Shown here: one piece after another, positions 38,664 to 48,242 of the stretch
How the letters are laid out: each line of letters begins with the position of its first letter
Numbering within the stretch: position 1 is the stretch's first letter
Origin: an uncultured Rhodocyclaceae bacterium
GTDB lineage: Bacteria; Pseudomonadota; Gammaproteobacteria; Burkholderiales; Rhodocyclaceae
Direction: 5' to 3'
Length of the DNA: 64,000 nt
Assembly (NCBI GenBank): GCA_964530115.1
Contig: CAZGYD010000143.1
Span: forward strand, 46 to 64,045
Notes under the pieces: generated by a model
The model's database searches: none
Told to the model about the DNA's origin: nothing
What the model saw: only the letters and a program-made list of their open reading frames with translations
Made by a program: the position numbers and the translations under genes

Positions 38664-39371
38664 ATGCTCGCGCCCATGGAGCAGACGCCTTCCGCCGCGG
38701 AGTTTTCCTACGCGCTCGCCTTCATGACCGGCATCCTCGGCAGCGGCCACTGCCTGGGCATGTGCGGCGGGCTGGTGTCGGCCTTCTTCGCCAAACTCAG
38801 CCGTGGTGGCACGCCGGCGTATCTCGCCTATCACGCGGCGCGGCTGTCGGTCTATGCGCTCGTCGGCCTCGTCGCCGCGGTGGCGGGCGCGGTGATCGTC
38901 GCCAGCGGCGGCGTCGGCCTTGCGCAGGGCGTACTGCAGATCGTCGCCGGGCTCGTCGTCATCCTGCTCGGCTTCGATCTGCTCGGCGTCTCGCCGGTCC
39001 GCAACACGATCGGTTTCGCGCCGATCGCCTGGCTGCGCCGGCAGTTCATGGCCGCGACGCAAAAGGGCCCGGTGCTCGGCGCGGCGATCGCCGGCGCGGT
39101 CAACGGCATGATGCCCTGCTCGATGACCATGGCCATGGCCGTCAAGGCGACCACCGCGCCCTCGGTGCCGGAGGGCATGCTGCTGATGCTCGCCTTCGGC
39201 GCCGGCACGCTGCCGTCGATGATGTCGGCGACGGTGCTGTTCGGCCGGCTCGGGCCGAGCCTGCGCGGCTGGCTGCTCAGGGGCGCGGCGCTCTTCGTCA
39301 TCGCGCTGGGCGTGTCGACGCTCTGGCAGGGCGTGAGCTTCTACCTGGTGATGTACCGGCTGGTGGCTTGA
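38664..39371 (+). CDS. DsbD_2-family (TauE/CcdA-like) membrane protein
   Basis: The N-terminal TM segment carries GSGHCLGMCGG, and MMPCSMTMAM occurs mid-protein. There are about 6 TM segments. The start could be 38664 or 38676. Confidence 0.65.
   Translation: MLAPMEQTPSAAEFSYALAFMTGILGSGHCLGMCGGLVSAFFAKLSRGGTPAYLAYHAARLSVYALVGLVAAVAGAVIVASGGVGLAQGVLQIVAGLVVILLGFDLLGVSPVRNTIGFAPIAWLRRQFMAATQKGPVLGAAIAGAVNGMMPCSMTMAMAVKATTAPSVPEGMLLMLAFGAGTLPSMMSATVLFGRLGPSLRGWLLRGAALFVIALGVSTLWQGVSFYLVMYRLVA
38793..38815 (-). repeat. 23-nt dispersed motif copy (CC variant)
   Basis: The plus strand reads AAACTCAGCCGTGGTGGCACGCC. It lies inside the DsbD_2-family gene and encodes KLSRGGTP after TM1. Confidence 0.93.
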
Positions 39372-39439
39372 GGAGCGCAAGTCCCGGCGCTTGATCCCGC
39401 TCATTCGGCGGCGGGCCGCCGGCGCCTAGACTGCCGGAG

Positions 39440-40054
39440 ATGAACCCCGCCCCCGCCACCCCTCCCGATGCCGGCGCGTTACCACGGCTGAGTTTGGTCC
39501 ACGGCCGCGTGCCCGGCAACACGGGCATCTGGGTCGGCATCTTCTGCGTGCTCGTCGAGTTCCTGCTGCTCTTCTGCGTCTATTTCATCGCCAAGGCGCA
39601 CCACCGCGAAGCCTTCCTCACCGGCCCGGACAAGCTCGCCACCATCGCCGGCGTGACCATCACCGTACTGCTGCTGTCGAGCGGCTACTGCATGGTCAAG
39701 GCCGTGGAGACGATCCGCCGCGACGCCAAATGGGCGACGGCGCGCTGGGTGCTCGCGGCGATCGCGCTCGGGCTCGGCTATCCGGTCGTCAAATTCTTCG
39801 AGATCCGCTGGAACATCGCCCATGGCATCGACGGCGAGGCCGGCATCTTCTACACGACCTACTACTACCTGACGCTCAATCACCTGGTCCATGTGAGCTG
39901 GGGGCTGCTCGGCCTCGGCTGGGTCGCGGTGCGGACGATGATGGGCTACTACTCGTCGAAGGACTACGGCGGGCTCGAGGCGGCGGCCGTCTATTGGCAC
40001 ACCACCGACGTGATCTGGCTGGTGATCTTTCCTTTCTTCTACGTGCTGAGGTGA
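39440..40054 (+). CDS. Heme-copper oxidase subunit III-family protein (NorE-like)
   Basis: The 204-aa product has 5 TM segments and reads ...YYYLTLNHLVHVSWGL...AAAVYWHTTDVIWLVIFPFFYVL, typical of the subunit III/NorE C-terminus. Confidence 0.75.
   Translation: MNPAPATPPDAGALPRLSLVHGRVPGNTGIWVGIFCVLVEFLLLFCVYFIAKAHHREAFLTGPDKLATIAGVTITVLLLSSGYCMVKAVETIRRDAKWATARWVLAAIALGLGYPVVKFFEIRWNIAHGIDGEAGIFYTTYYYLTLNHLVHVSWGLLGLGWVAVRTMMGYYSSKDYGGLEAAAVYWHTTDVIWLVIFPFFYVLR
39473..39495 (+). repeat. 23-nt dispersed motif copy (22/23)
   Basis: GGCGCGTTACCACGGCTGAGTTT. It lies inside the N-terminal extension of the NorE-like gene and encodes GALPRLSL. Confidence 0.92.
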
Positions 40055-40416
40055 TGATGGCTGGTCGCCCACGCCCGCAAGACCATCCCGCTGCCCCCCA
40101 CGGGGAGGCGCAAGGTGCCCGGGGCGGCCCTTCGCACCTCGGCCACGCGGAAAGGATCTGGCTGCTGCTCCTCGCGCTCACGGCGGCGGGCGCCTTCTTC
40201 GCCGAGACCGGGCACGCGGGCTGGTTCCTGGCGCTCGTCGTCGCCGGGCTCATCGCCGTCAAGGGCCGGCTGGTCATCGATCACTACATGGAGATGACGA
40301 CGGCCAATTCGCGCATCCGCCGCGTGCTGCATCTCTTCGTCACCATCGTGCCGCTCCTGGTGCTCGCCAGCCACGGCTGGAGCGACGTGATCCGGCGGCT
40401 CACGACCCTCCACTGA
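40054..40416 (+). CDS. Small membrane protein, prokaryotic cytochrome oxidase subunit IV-like (tentative)
   Basis: The 120-aa ORF has an ATG overlapping the NorE-like stop (TGATG). It has three hydrophobic segments (WLLLLALTAAGAFF, FLALVVAGLIAV, HLFVTIVPLLVLA). Confidence 0.45.
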   Translation: MMAGRPRPQDHPAAPHGEAQGARGGPSHLGHAERIWLLLLALTAAGAFFAETGHAGWFLALVVAGLIAVKGRLVIDHYMEMTTANSRIRRVLHLFVTIVPLLVLASHGWSDVIRRLTTLH

Positions 40417-40418
40417 GT

Positions 40419-41123
40419 TCAGTGGCGCGCGGCCCGCGCCCTCTTCGTGCGCTCGGCGATGGCGAGGAGCTCGTCGAGTTCCTCGCCGCCGATTTCGAGC
40501 GGATGGCCGTATTCGTCGAGGATCGCGGCGAGCTCCTCATGGGAAAAGCCCGAGAGCGTCGGCACCTGGGGGATCTCGGCCTGGCGCTCGACCCGTTCCG
40601 GATGCGGCCGCGGATAGCGCCGGCCCGGCGCCAGGTTGTTGTAGAGAAGCCCGGCGAGGACGAGCATCACAGCGTTCGCTGCGACCGGCGAAAGCACGTA
40701 GGAATAACCAAGCTCGCGGACGGTCTCGCCGCCGATCACGGCGAAAAGCGCCACCGCGCCGGCCGGGGCGTGCAGACACTTCAGCGTGAGCATCACGACG
40801 ATCGCCAGGCCGACCGCGAGTCCTGCCGCGAGCACCTCCTGCGGCACCCAGCGGGCGACGGTGACGCCGACCGCGGCACTCACGACATAGCCGCCGAACA
40901 CCGACCATGGCTGGGCCAGCGGACTCGCCGGCAGCGCGAAGATCAGCACCGACGAGGCGCCGATCGCGGCGATGACGTAAAAGGGCGCCGGCAGCAGCGA
41001 CGTCGAAACACCGACGGTCGCGGCGATCGCCAGCAAAGCGCCGGAACCCGAAACCAGGCGCTCCCGCCAGTGCACATTCCCCGGCTCGGGCAGGAAGTCG
41101 TGGAGGAATTCTCGCAGCCGCAT
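40419..41123 (-). CDS. HPP-family membrane protein (tentative)
   Basis: The 234-aa product has 4-5 TM segments with LKCLHAPAGAVALF, resembling the HPPAGA signature. It is adjacent to the nitrate/nitrite assimilation genes. Confidence 0.5.
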   Translation of the reverse strand: MRLREFLHDFLPEPGNVHWRERLVSGSGALLAIAATVGVSTSLLPAPFYVIAAIGASSVLIFALPASPLAQPWSVFGGYVVSAAVGVTVARWVPQEVLAAGLAVGLAIVVMLTLKCLHAPAGAVALFAVIGGETVRELGYSYVLSPVAANAVMLVLAGLLYNNLAPGRRYPRPHPERVERQAEIPQVPTLSGFSHEELAAILDEYGHPLEIGGEELDELLAIAERTKRARAARH

Positions 41124-41175
41124 GTCGGCCCTTTCTCGCGAAAAGGCGACATTCGACGGGAAACCGCGCGAAGTT

Positions 41176-43893
41176 TCAAGCCGCCCGGCGCAAGGCGGCG
41201 AGCATCCTTTCCAGTTCCGGCAGGCAGGCGCCGCAGCCGGTGCCGCAGCCGGTGCGCTCCGCGATGGCCTCGCGGGTCGTCGCGCCCCCTTCGATCGCGG
41301 CGAGGATCTCGGACTCTGACACGTTCCGGCAGTTGCAGACGATGCGGCCGCGATGACGGACCAGGTTCGCCGACGGCGTCGCCGCCGGCAGGAAGAGCCA
41401 GGGACGCAGCGGCTCGACCGGCTGGCCGGCCAGCATCGCCTCCTTGAGCCAGCCGCCGGCCGCCGTTTCGCCGAAGAACGCCAGCCCCGCGAGCACGCCG
41501 TCCTCGACCAGCGCGCGCTTGGCGATGCCGCGCCCGGCGTCGGCGAAGTTCAGGGCATGCCCGGCGTCGAGCCCGACGATGGCGACGATGCGCGACAGCA
41601 GCGCGGCGTCGGGCGCCGCCGCCGCCGCGAGCTGCAAGGACAGCACGGTCGTCTCGCGTCCGGCCAGTGAGAGCGCGGCGTAGCCGAAGCCGCCGAGCAG
41701 CGGCGCGAGGTCGCGGCTCCAGCGCAGGCTCTCGTCGGGGTCGGCGGTCCGGCGCAAGAGCAGGCCGCGCCAGGGCAGGTTCGCGGGCTCGATGCGGATC
41801 GCCGCGTGCTTGAACTCCGGCTGCTTCGAAAGAGGATCGAGCGCGGCGATGGTGAGTTCGTTGGCCCCGGCGGAGTTCAGCCGTCGCCGGCCCCAGTGCA
41901 TGGGCACGAACACGTGTCCCGGCTTCTGGCTAGGGTCGGCCGTGGCCGGCAGGACGATCGCGCCGCGCCGGCTTTCGATGCGCACGAGGTCTCCGCATGC
42001 GATGCCGCGCCGCTGCAGGTCGTCGGGATGACATGCCGCGACGGGAAACTCGGCGTGGTTGTACAGACGCGCGGCAAGACCGGTGCGGCTCATGCCGTGC
42101 CACTGGTCGCGCAGCCGGCCGGTGTTGAGATGCAGCGGATGGCGCGCGTCCGTCGGCTCGGCGACGGTCGCGTGGCGGACGGCGACGAATCGCGCCCGGC
42201 CGTCTTCCGTGGCGAAGCGCCGGTCCTCGTAGAGCCGCGCGCTGCCGGCCGTCGCGCCTTTCGGGAAGGGCCACTGCTGCGGCCCGTCGCGCTCGAGGAG
42301 GGCATGGTCGAGGCCGGAGATGTCGAGGTCGCGTCCGGCCGTGAGCGCCGCGTACTCGGCGAAGATTTCCGCCGGGCCTTCCCAGCCGAAGAGCCGCGGC
42401 GTGTCACCACGGCACAGTTTCGCGCCGAGACGCAAGGCGAAGTCTCGCGCGATCCGCAAGTCGGCGCGCGCCTCGCCCGGCGGCGGCACGGCGGCGCGCA
42501 CGCGGGAGATGCGCCGCTCGGAGTTGGTGACCGTGCCCTCCTTCTCGCCCCAGGTGGCGGCCGGCAGCAGCAGGTCGGCGCAGGCCGCCGTCTCCGTATC
42601 GGCGAACGCTTCCTGGAGGACGACCAGTTCCGCGCGTTCGAGCGCCGCGCGCACGCGCGCCTGGTCGGGCAGCGATTGCGCGGGATTGGTGCAGGCGATC
42701 CAGATGGCCTTGATCTCGCCCTTCCCCAGCGCCTCGAACAGCTCGACGGCCGTCCTGCCGGGCCGCTCGGGCAGCGCCGGCACGCCCCAGAATTTCGCCA
42801 CCTCGGTGCGATCCGCCTCGCTCGCGGGATCGCGGTGGCCGGGCAGGAGCGTCGCCATGGTGCCGGTCTCGCGGCCGCCCATGGCGTTGGGCTGGCCGGT
42901 CAGCGAGAAAGGCCCGGTGCCCGGCCGGCCGATCTGGCCGGTGGCGAGATGCAGGTGGATGAGCGCGGCGCCGTTGTCCGAGCCGTGCTGCGACTGGTTG
43001 AGTCCCTGGCACCAGAGCGACAGCGCCGCCCTGGCCTGCCCGAACCAGCGTGCGGCGGTGACGATGTCCCCGGCGCGGACGCCGCAGACGCGCGCGGCGG
43101 CCTCGGGAGTCAGTTCGCGCACCGCGTCGCGGGCGGCGTCGAAGCCGGCGGTGTGGGCGTCGATGAAGCGGCGGTCGATGAATCCTTCCCAGATCAGCAC
43201 GTGGAGCATGGCGCCTAGGAGGATGGTGTCCGTGCCCGGCTCGATGGCGAGGTGCAGGTCGGCGGCCGCCGCGGTGTCGGTGGCGCGCGGATCGACGACG
43301 ATCAGCTTGAGATCGGGATTCGCCGTCTTGGCGTCCATCACCCTGCGGAAGACGATGGGGTGAGCCCAGGCCGGGTTGGCGCCGGCGATCAGGATGCAGT
43401 CGGCAAGCGCGATGTCCTCGTAGCCGCAGGGCGGCGCGTCGGCGCCGAGCGTGCGCTTGTAGGCCGAGACGGCCGAGGACATGCACAGCCGCGAATTGGA
43501 GTCGATGTTGTTCGTGCCGATGAGCGCCCGCGCCAGCTTGTTGAAGACGTAGTAGTCCTCGGTCAGGAGCTGCCCGGAAACGTAGAAGGCGACGGCGTCC
43601 GGGCCATGCTCGCGGATGATGGCGGCGAACTTTTCCGCGGCGTAATCGAGCGCCTCGTCCCAGCCGGCGTGCCGCCACGGCTGAGTTTTCTCGCTGCGTA
43701 GTTGCGGCTGCAGTGCGCGTGTCGTCATCAGCGTCGTCAGATCCAGCGTCGCGCCCTTGCTGCACAGCCGGCCGAAGTTGGCCGGATGCGCCTCGTCGCC
43801 CTCCACTCGGACGATGCGGCCGTCCTCGGTCGTCACCACGACACCGCAGCCGGTGCCGCAATAGGGGCAGGTGGTGCTGGTGCGGACGGACAT
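41176..43893 (-). CDS. nasA: Assimilatory nitrate reductase catalytic subunit with C-terminal BFD-like 2Fe-2S domain
   Basis: The start MSVRTSTTCPYCGTGCGVVV is at 43893, carrying the N-terminal 4Fe-4S motif of Mo-bisMGD enzymes. The product is 905 aa with C-terminal CNCRNVSESEI...CGTGCGACLPE. The listed 1051-aa ORF is over-extended. Confidence 0.9.
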   Translation of the reverse strand: MSVRTSTTCPYCGTGCGVVVTTEDGRIVRVEGDEAHPANFGRLCSKGATLDLTTLMTTRALQPQLRSEKTQPWRHAGWDEALDYAAEKFAAIIREHGPDAVAFYVSGQLLTEDYYVFNKLARALIGTNNIDSNSRLCMSSAVSAYKRTLGADAPPCGYEDIALADCILIAGANPAWAHPIVFRRVMDAKTANPDLKLIVVDPRATDTAAAADLHLAIEPGTDTILLGAMLHVLIWEGFIDRRFIDAHTAGFDAARDAVRELTPEAAARVCGVRAGDIVTAARWFGQARAALSLWCQGLNQSQHGSDNGAALIHLHLATGQIGRPGTGPFSLTGQPNAMGGRETGTMATLLPGHRDPASEADRTEVAKFWGVPALPERPGRTAVELFEALGKGEIKAIWIACTNPAQSLPDQARVRAALERAELVVLQEAFADTETAACADLLLPAATWGEKEGTVTNSERRISRVRAAVPPPGEARADLRIARDFALRLGAKLCRGDTPRLFGWEGPAEIFAEYAALTAGRDLDISGLDHALLERDGPQQWPFPKGATAGSARLYEDRRFATEDGRARFVAVRHATVAEPTDARHPLHLNTGRLRDQWHGMSRTGLAARLYNHAEFPVAACHPDDLQRRGIACGDLVRIESRRGAIVLPATADPSQKPGHVFVPMHWGRRRLNSAGANELTIAALDPLSKQPEFKHAAIRIEPANLPWRGLLLRRTADPDESLRWSRDLAPLLGGFGYAALSLAGRETTVLSLQLAAAAAPDAALLSRIVAIVGLDAGHALNFADAGRGIAKRALVEDGVLAGLAFFGETAAGGWLKEAMLAGQPVEPLRPWLFLPAATPSANLVRHRGRIVCNCRNVSESEILAAIEGGATTREAIAERTGCGTGCGACLPELERMLAALRRAA
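42398..42420 (+). repeat. 23-nt dispersed motif copy (degenerate, 20/23)
   Basis: GGCGTGTCACCACGGCACAGTTT. It lies inside nasA and encodes KLCRGDTP. Confidence 0.55.
43666..43688 (+). repeat. 23-nt dispersed motif copy (CC variant, 22/23)
   Basis: GGCGTGCCGCCACGGCTGAGTTT. It lies inside nasA and encodes KTQPWRHAG, a third reading frame. Confidence 0.88.
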
Positions 43894-43898
43894 GGCGT

Positions 43899-44210
43899 TC
43901 AGAGCGCGAGCAGCACCCGCCCGGCCTCGACGCGGGCCTCGACGGTGCGCGCGCAGCCCTGGTCGGGCGCCACCGCCTCGCCGGTGGCGAGGTCGATCTT
44001 CCAGGCATGCATCGGGCAGGTCACGACTTTGCCGGCGACGATGCCCTGCGACAGCGGTCCGCCCTTGTGCGGGCACTTGTCGCGCACGGCGAAGATCGCG
44101 TCGTCCGCGGTGCGAAAGACCGCGATGTCGCCGTCGCCGTGCTTCACCACCCGGCTGCCCAGGCGCGGGATGTCGCCGAGCCCGCAGATGTCTTTCCAGT
44201 TTCCCATCAT
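43899..44210 (-). CDS. nirD: Nitrite reductase (NADH) small subunit
   Basis: The 103-aa product has a Rieske-like fold (FAVRDKCPHKGGPLSQGIV...VTCPMHAW). It overlaps the nirB stop. Confidence 0.9.
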   Translation of the reverse strand: MMGNWKDICGLGDIPRLGSRVVKHGDGDIAVFRTADDAIFAVRDKCPHKGGPLSQGIVAGKVVTCPMHAWKIDLATGEAVAPDQGCARTVEARVEAGRVLLAL

Positions 44211-46648
44211 GCCTCCAGCTTTTCGTATTCACGCCGCGCCGCGGGTTCGCTCGCCGCCCTGGCCCACGGGTCCTCGTAGCCCTGCAAGGCGTAGAGCAGA
44301 CGTTCGTGGAGCGCCTTGCGGTTCCCGGCATCCTCGACCACCCGCTTTTTCACGTGATCGAGGCCGACGCGGGCGACGTAATGGCAGGTGCGCTCGAGAT
44401 ACCAGCCCTCCTCGCGGTAGAGCTGCAGGAAGGCGCCCGCGTATTCCTTCACCTCCTCGTCGCTCTTCACCTTGCAGAGGAATTGCGCGACCTCGGTCTT
44501 GATGCCGCCGTTGCCGGCGACGTAGAGCTCGTAGCCGGAATCGACGCCGATCACGCCGACGTCCTTGATGCCCGCCTCGGCGCAGTTGCGCGGACAGCCG
44601 GACACCGCGAGCTTGACCTTGTGCGGCGCCCACATGCCGAACAGCATCTTCTCCAGCTTGACGCCCATGGCCATCGATTTCTGGGTGCCGAAGCGGCAGT
44701 GCTCGGCGCCGACGCAGGTCTTCACCGTGCGAATGCTCTTGCCATAGGCATGTCCCGATACCAGGCCGGCGGCGCCGAGATCGGCCCAGACCGCCGGCAG
44801 CTTTTCCTTCGGAATGCCGAGCAGATCGATGCGCGCGCCGCCGGTCATCTTCACGGTCGGCACCCGGTACTTCTCGGCGACTTCGGCGATCGCGCGCAAT
44901 TCAGCCGGCGTGGTCAGCCCGCCCCACAGGCGCGGCACCACCGAGTACGTCCCGTCCTTCTGGATGTTGGCATGCGCCCGCTCGTTGATGAAACGCGATT
45001 GCGGGTCGTCCCCGGCCTCGTGCGGCCAGGTCGAGATCAGGTAGTAATTGAGCGCCGGCCGGCAGGTGGCGCAGCCGTTGGGCGTCTTCCACTCGAGGAA
45101 ACGCATCACGTCCGGGATGCTCAGGAGCTTCCGCTCGCGGATCGCGGCACGCACTTCGCCGTGCGAGCGCTCGGTGCAGCCGCAGACCGGCTTGTCCTTC
45201 GTCTCGGCCGGCTGGTAGGCGCCGCCGACGGTGGAGGCGAGGATCTGCTCGACGAGGCCGGTGCACGAACCGCAGGAAGAGGACGCCTTGGTGTGCTTCC
45301 TCACGTCTTCGAGCGTAAACAGGCCGTGGGTCTTGATCGCGCGGACGATGTCGCCCTTGCAGACGCCGTTGCAGCCGCAGACTTCGGCATCGTCGGGCAT
45401 CGCGGCGGCACGGTTCGTACCGGCGTGGCCGACGTCGCCGAGATGGTGCGGACCGAACATCAGGTGGTCGCGGATTTCCGCGACGTTCTGGCCGTCCTTG
45501 AGCAGCTGGAAGTACCAGGCGCCGTCGGCGGTGTCCCCGTAGAGCACCGCGCCGACCAGCCTGTCCTCCCGGATTACCAGCTTCTTGTACACGCCGCCGG
45601 CCGGATCGTGCAGGACGATCTCGTCGGCGTCCTTGCCGCCCATGAAGTCGCCGGCCGAGAAGACGTCGATGCCGGTGACCTTGAGCTTGGTCGAGGTCAC
45701 CGACCCTTGGTAGCGGCCGATGCCCATCTGCGCCAGATGGTTGGCGCAGACCCTGGCCTGCTCGAACAGCGGCGCAACGAGTCCGTAGGCGATGCCCCGG
45801 TGGGCGACGCATTCGCCGACCGCATAGATCCTCGGATCGTAGGTCTGCAGCGTGTCATTCACCACGATGCCCCGCTCGCAGTGGATGCCGGCCTTCTGCG
45901 CCAGTTCGATGTTCGGCCTGATGCCGACCGCCATCACCACCAGTTCGGCGGGAATCTCGTCGCCGTCCTTGAAGCGGACCGTGCCGACGCGGCCGTTGAC
46001 GCCAGGCTTGAGCATCTCGGTCTGTCGGCCGAGCAGGAACTTGAGGCCCCTGGCTTCCAGCGACTTCTGCAGGAGATCGGCGGCCGTCTTGTCGAGCTGG
46101 CGTTCCATGATCCAGTCGGCGAGATGCACGACGGTGACGTCCATGCCGCGCAGGCGCAGGCCGTTCGCGGCTTCGAGGCCCAAGAGGCCGGCGCCGATCA
46201 CCACCGCGTGCCGGTAGCTGTCGGCCGCCGAGATCATCGCCTCGGTATCGGCGATGTCGCGGTAGGCGATGACGCCCGGCAGGTCCCTGCCGGGAATCGG
46301 CACGATCACCGGCGAGGAGCCCGTGGCCAGCAGCAGGCGGTCGTATTCGGCCTCCGTGCCATCCGCGGCGATCACCCTGCGCCTCGCGCGATCGATCATG
46401 GTCACACGTTTGCCGGCGTGGAGCGTGATGCCGTGGTCCCGGTACCAGTCGAGGCTGTTGAGGACGATGTCGGCAAAGTTCATCTCGCCCGCCAGCACCG
46501 GCGAAAGCAGGATGCGGTTGTAGTTGGGATGCGGCTCGGCGCCGAACACGGTGATCTCGTACATGTCCGGCGCGAGCTTCAGCAGTTCTTCGAGGGTGCG
46601 GCAGCCGGCCATGCCGTTGCCGACCATCACCAGTTTCTGTTTCTTCAT
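44207..46648 (-). CDS. nirB: Nitrite reductase (NAD(P)H) large subunit
   Basis: The start MKKQKLVMVGNGMAGCRTLEELL is at 46648 with an FAD/NAD Rossmann fold. A BFD-like CGCNGVCKGDI and the siroheme/4Fe-4S region (TCVGAEHCRFG, SGCPRNCAEA) are present. Confidence 0.92.
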   Translation of the reverse strand: MKKQKLVMVGNGMAGCRTLEELLKLAPDMYEITVFGAEPHPNYNRILLSPVLAGEMNFADIVLNSLDWYRDHGITLHAGKRVTMIDRARRRVIAADGTEAEYDRLLLATGSSPVIVPIPGRDLPGVIAYRDIADTEAMISAADSYRHAVVIGAGLLGLEAANGLRLRGMDVTVVHLADWIMERQLDKTAADLLQKSLEARGLKFLLGRQTEMLKPGVNGRVGTVRFKDGDEIPAELVVMAVGIRPNIELAQKAGIHCERGIVVNDTLQTYDPRIYAVGECVAHRGIAYGLVAPLFEQARVCANHLAQMGIGRYQGSVTSTKLKVTGIDVFSAGDFMGGKDADEIVLHDPAGGVYKKLVIREDRLVGAVLYGDTADGAWYFQLLKDGQNVAEIRDHLMFGPHHLGDVGHAGTNRAAAMPDDAEVCGCNGVCKGDIVRAIKTHGLFTLEDVRKHTKASSSCGSCTGLVEQILASTVGGAYQPAETKDKPVCGCTERSHGEVRAAIRERKLLSIPDVMRFLEWKTPNGCATCRPALNYYLISTWPHEAGDDPQSRFINERAHANIQKDGTYSVVPRLWGGLTTPAELRAIAEVAEKYRVPTVKMTGGARIDLLGIPKEKLPAVWADLGAAGLVSGHAYGKSIRTVKTCVGAEHCRFGTQKSMAMGVKLEKMLFGMWAPHKVKLAVSGCPRNCAEAGIKDVGVIGVDSGYELYVAGNGGIKTEVAQFLCKVKSDEEVKEYAGAFLQLYREEGWYLERTCHYVARVGLDHVKKRVVEDAGNRKALHERLLYALQGYEDPWARAASEPAARREYEKLEA

Positions 46649-46650
46649 GG

Positions 46651-47445
<795 letters not shown>

Positions 47446-47455
47446 GATGGGCTCC

Positions 47456-48238
47456 TCAACGTGTCTCGTAGCTGAAGCGGCGGGCCAGGAACAGCAGGAT
47501 CTGCTCGAGGATCAGGCCAGTGAAGCCGATGACGAAGATGGCGATGACGATGTGCTCGACCTTCAGGTTGTTCCATTCGTCCCAGACCCAGAAGCCGATG
47601 CCGACGCCGCCGGTGAGCATCTCGGCCGCGACGATCACCAGCCAGGCGGTGCCGATGGACAGGCGGATGCCGGTCAGCATGTAAGGCAGCACGGCGGGGA
47701 AGAGGATCTTCGTGACCACCTTCGATTCCGGCAGGCCGAGCACGCGGGCGACGTTGAGATAGTCCTGCGGCACGCGGCGCACGCCCTCGGCCGTGTTGAG
47801 GATCATCGGCCAGATCGAGCAGATGAAGATCGTCCAGGTCGCCGCCGGATCCGCCTTCTTGAGCACCAAGAGTCCGATCGGCAGCCAGGCCAGCGGACTG
47901 ACCGGGCGCAGCAGGCTGATGATCGGATCCAGCATGCGGCTCATGAAGGCGAAGCGGCCGAGCAGGAAGCCGAGCGGAATGCCCACCGCCGCGGCGATGC
48001 CGAAGCCGACGCCCACGCGCTTCAGCGACGAGAGCACGTTCCAGCCGATGCCCTGGTCGTTGGGGCCGTTGCGGTAGAAGGGGTCGGCGAACAGCTTCGC
48101 CGCCGCGTCCCAGGTCTGCCCCGGCCCGGGGATGCTGCCGCCCTTGAGCGTGGCGAGGTGCCAGATGCCGATCAACAGCACGAGGCCCATGATCGGCGGC
48201 AGGGCCTGGCGGGCCAGTCCATGGATCCTGTCGTTCAT
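47456..48238 (-). CDS. nrtB: Nitrate/nitrite ABC transporter permease
   Basis: The 260-aa product is a BPD-type inner-membrane component (EAA-like loop VPQDYLNVARVLGLPE). Confidence 0.85.
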   Translation of the reverse strand: MNDRIHGLARQALPPIMGLVLLIGIWHLATLKGGSIPGPGQTWDAAAKLFADPFYRNGPNDQGIGWNVLSSLKRVGVGFGIAAAVGIPLGFLLGRFAFMSRMLDPIISLLRPVSPLAWLPIGLLVLKKADPAATWTIFICSIWPMILNTAEGVRRVPQDYLNVARVLGLPESKVVTKILFPAVLPYMLTGIRLSIGTAWLVIVAAEMLTGGVGIGFWVWDEWNNLKVEHIVIAIFVIGFTGLILEQILLFLARRFSYETR

Positions 48239-48242
48239 GATC

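Noticed and set aside
41874-41896. Further weak matches to the 23-nt motif (41874 GAGTTCAGCCGTCGCC; 57640 GCGCGGCTGAGGA; 61506 GAACTCAGCGAGGA; 62226 AGTCAGTGGCCGTGGTGGG)
   Set aside because: Only 8-14 of 23 positions match, or indels are required. These were not counted as copies to avoid inflating the tally.
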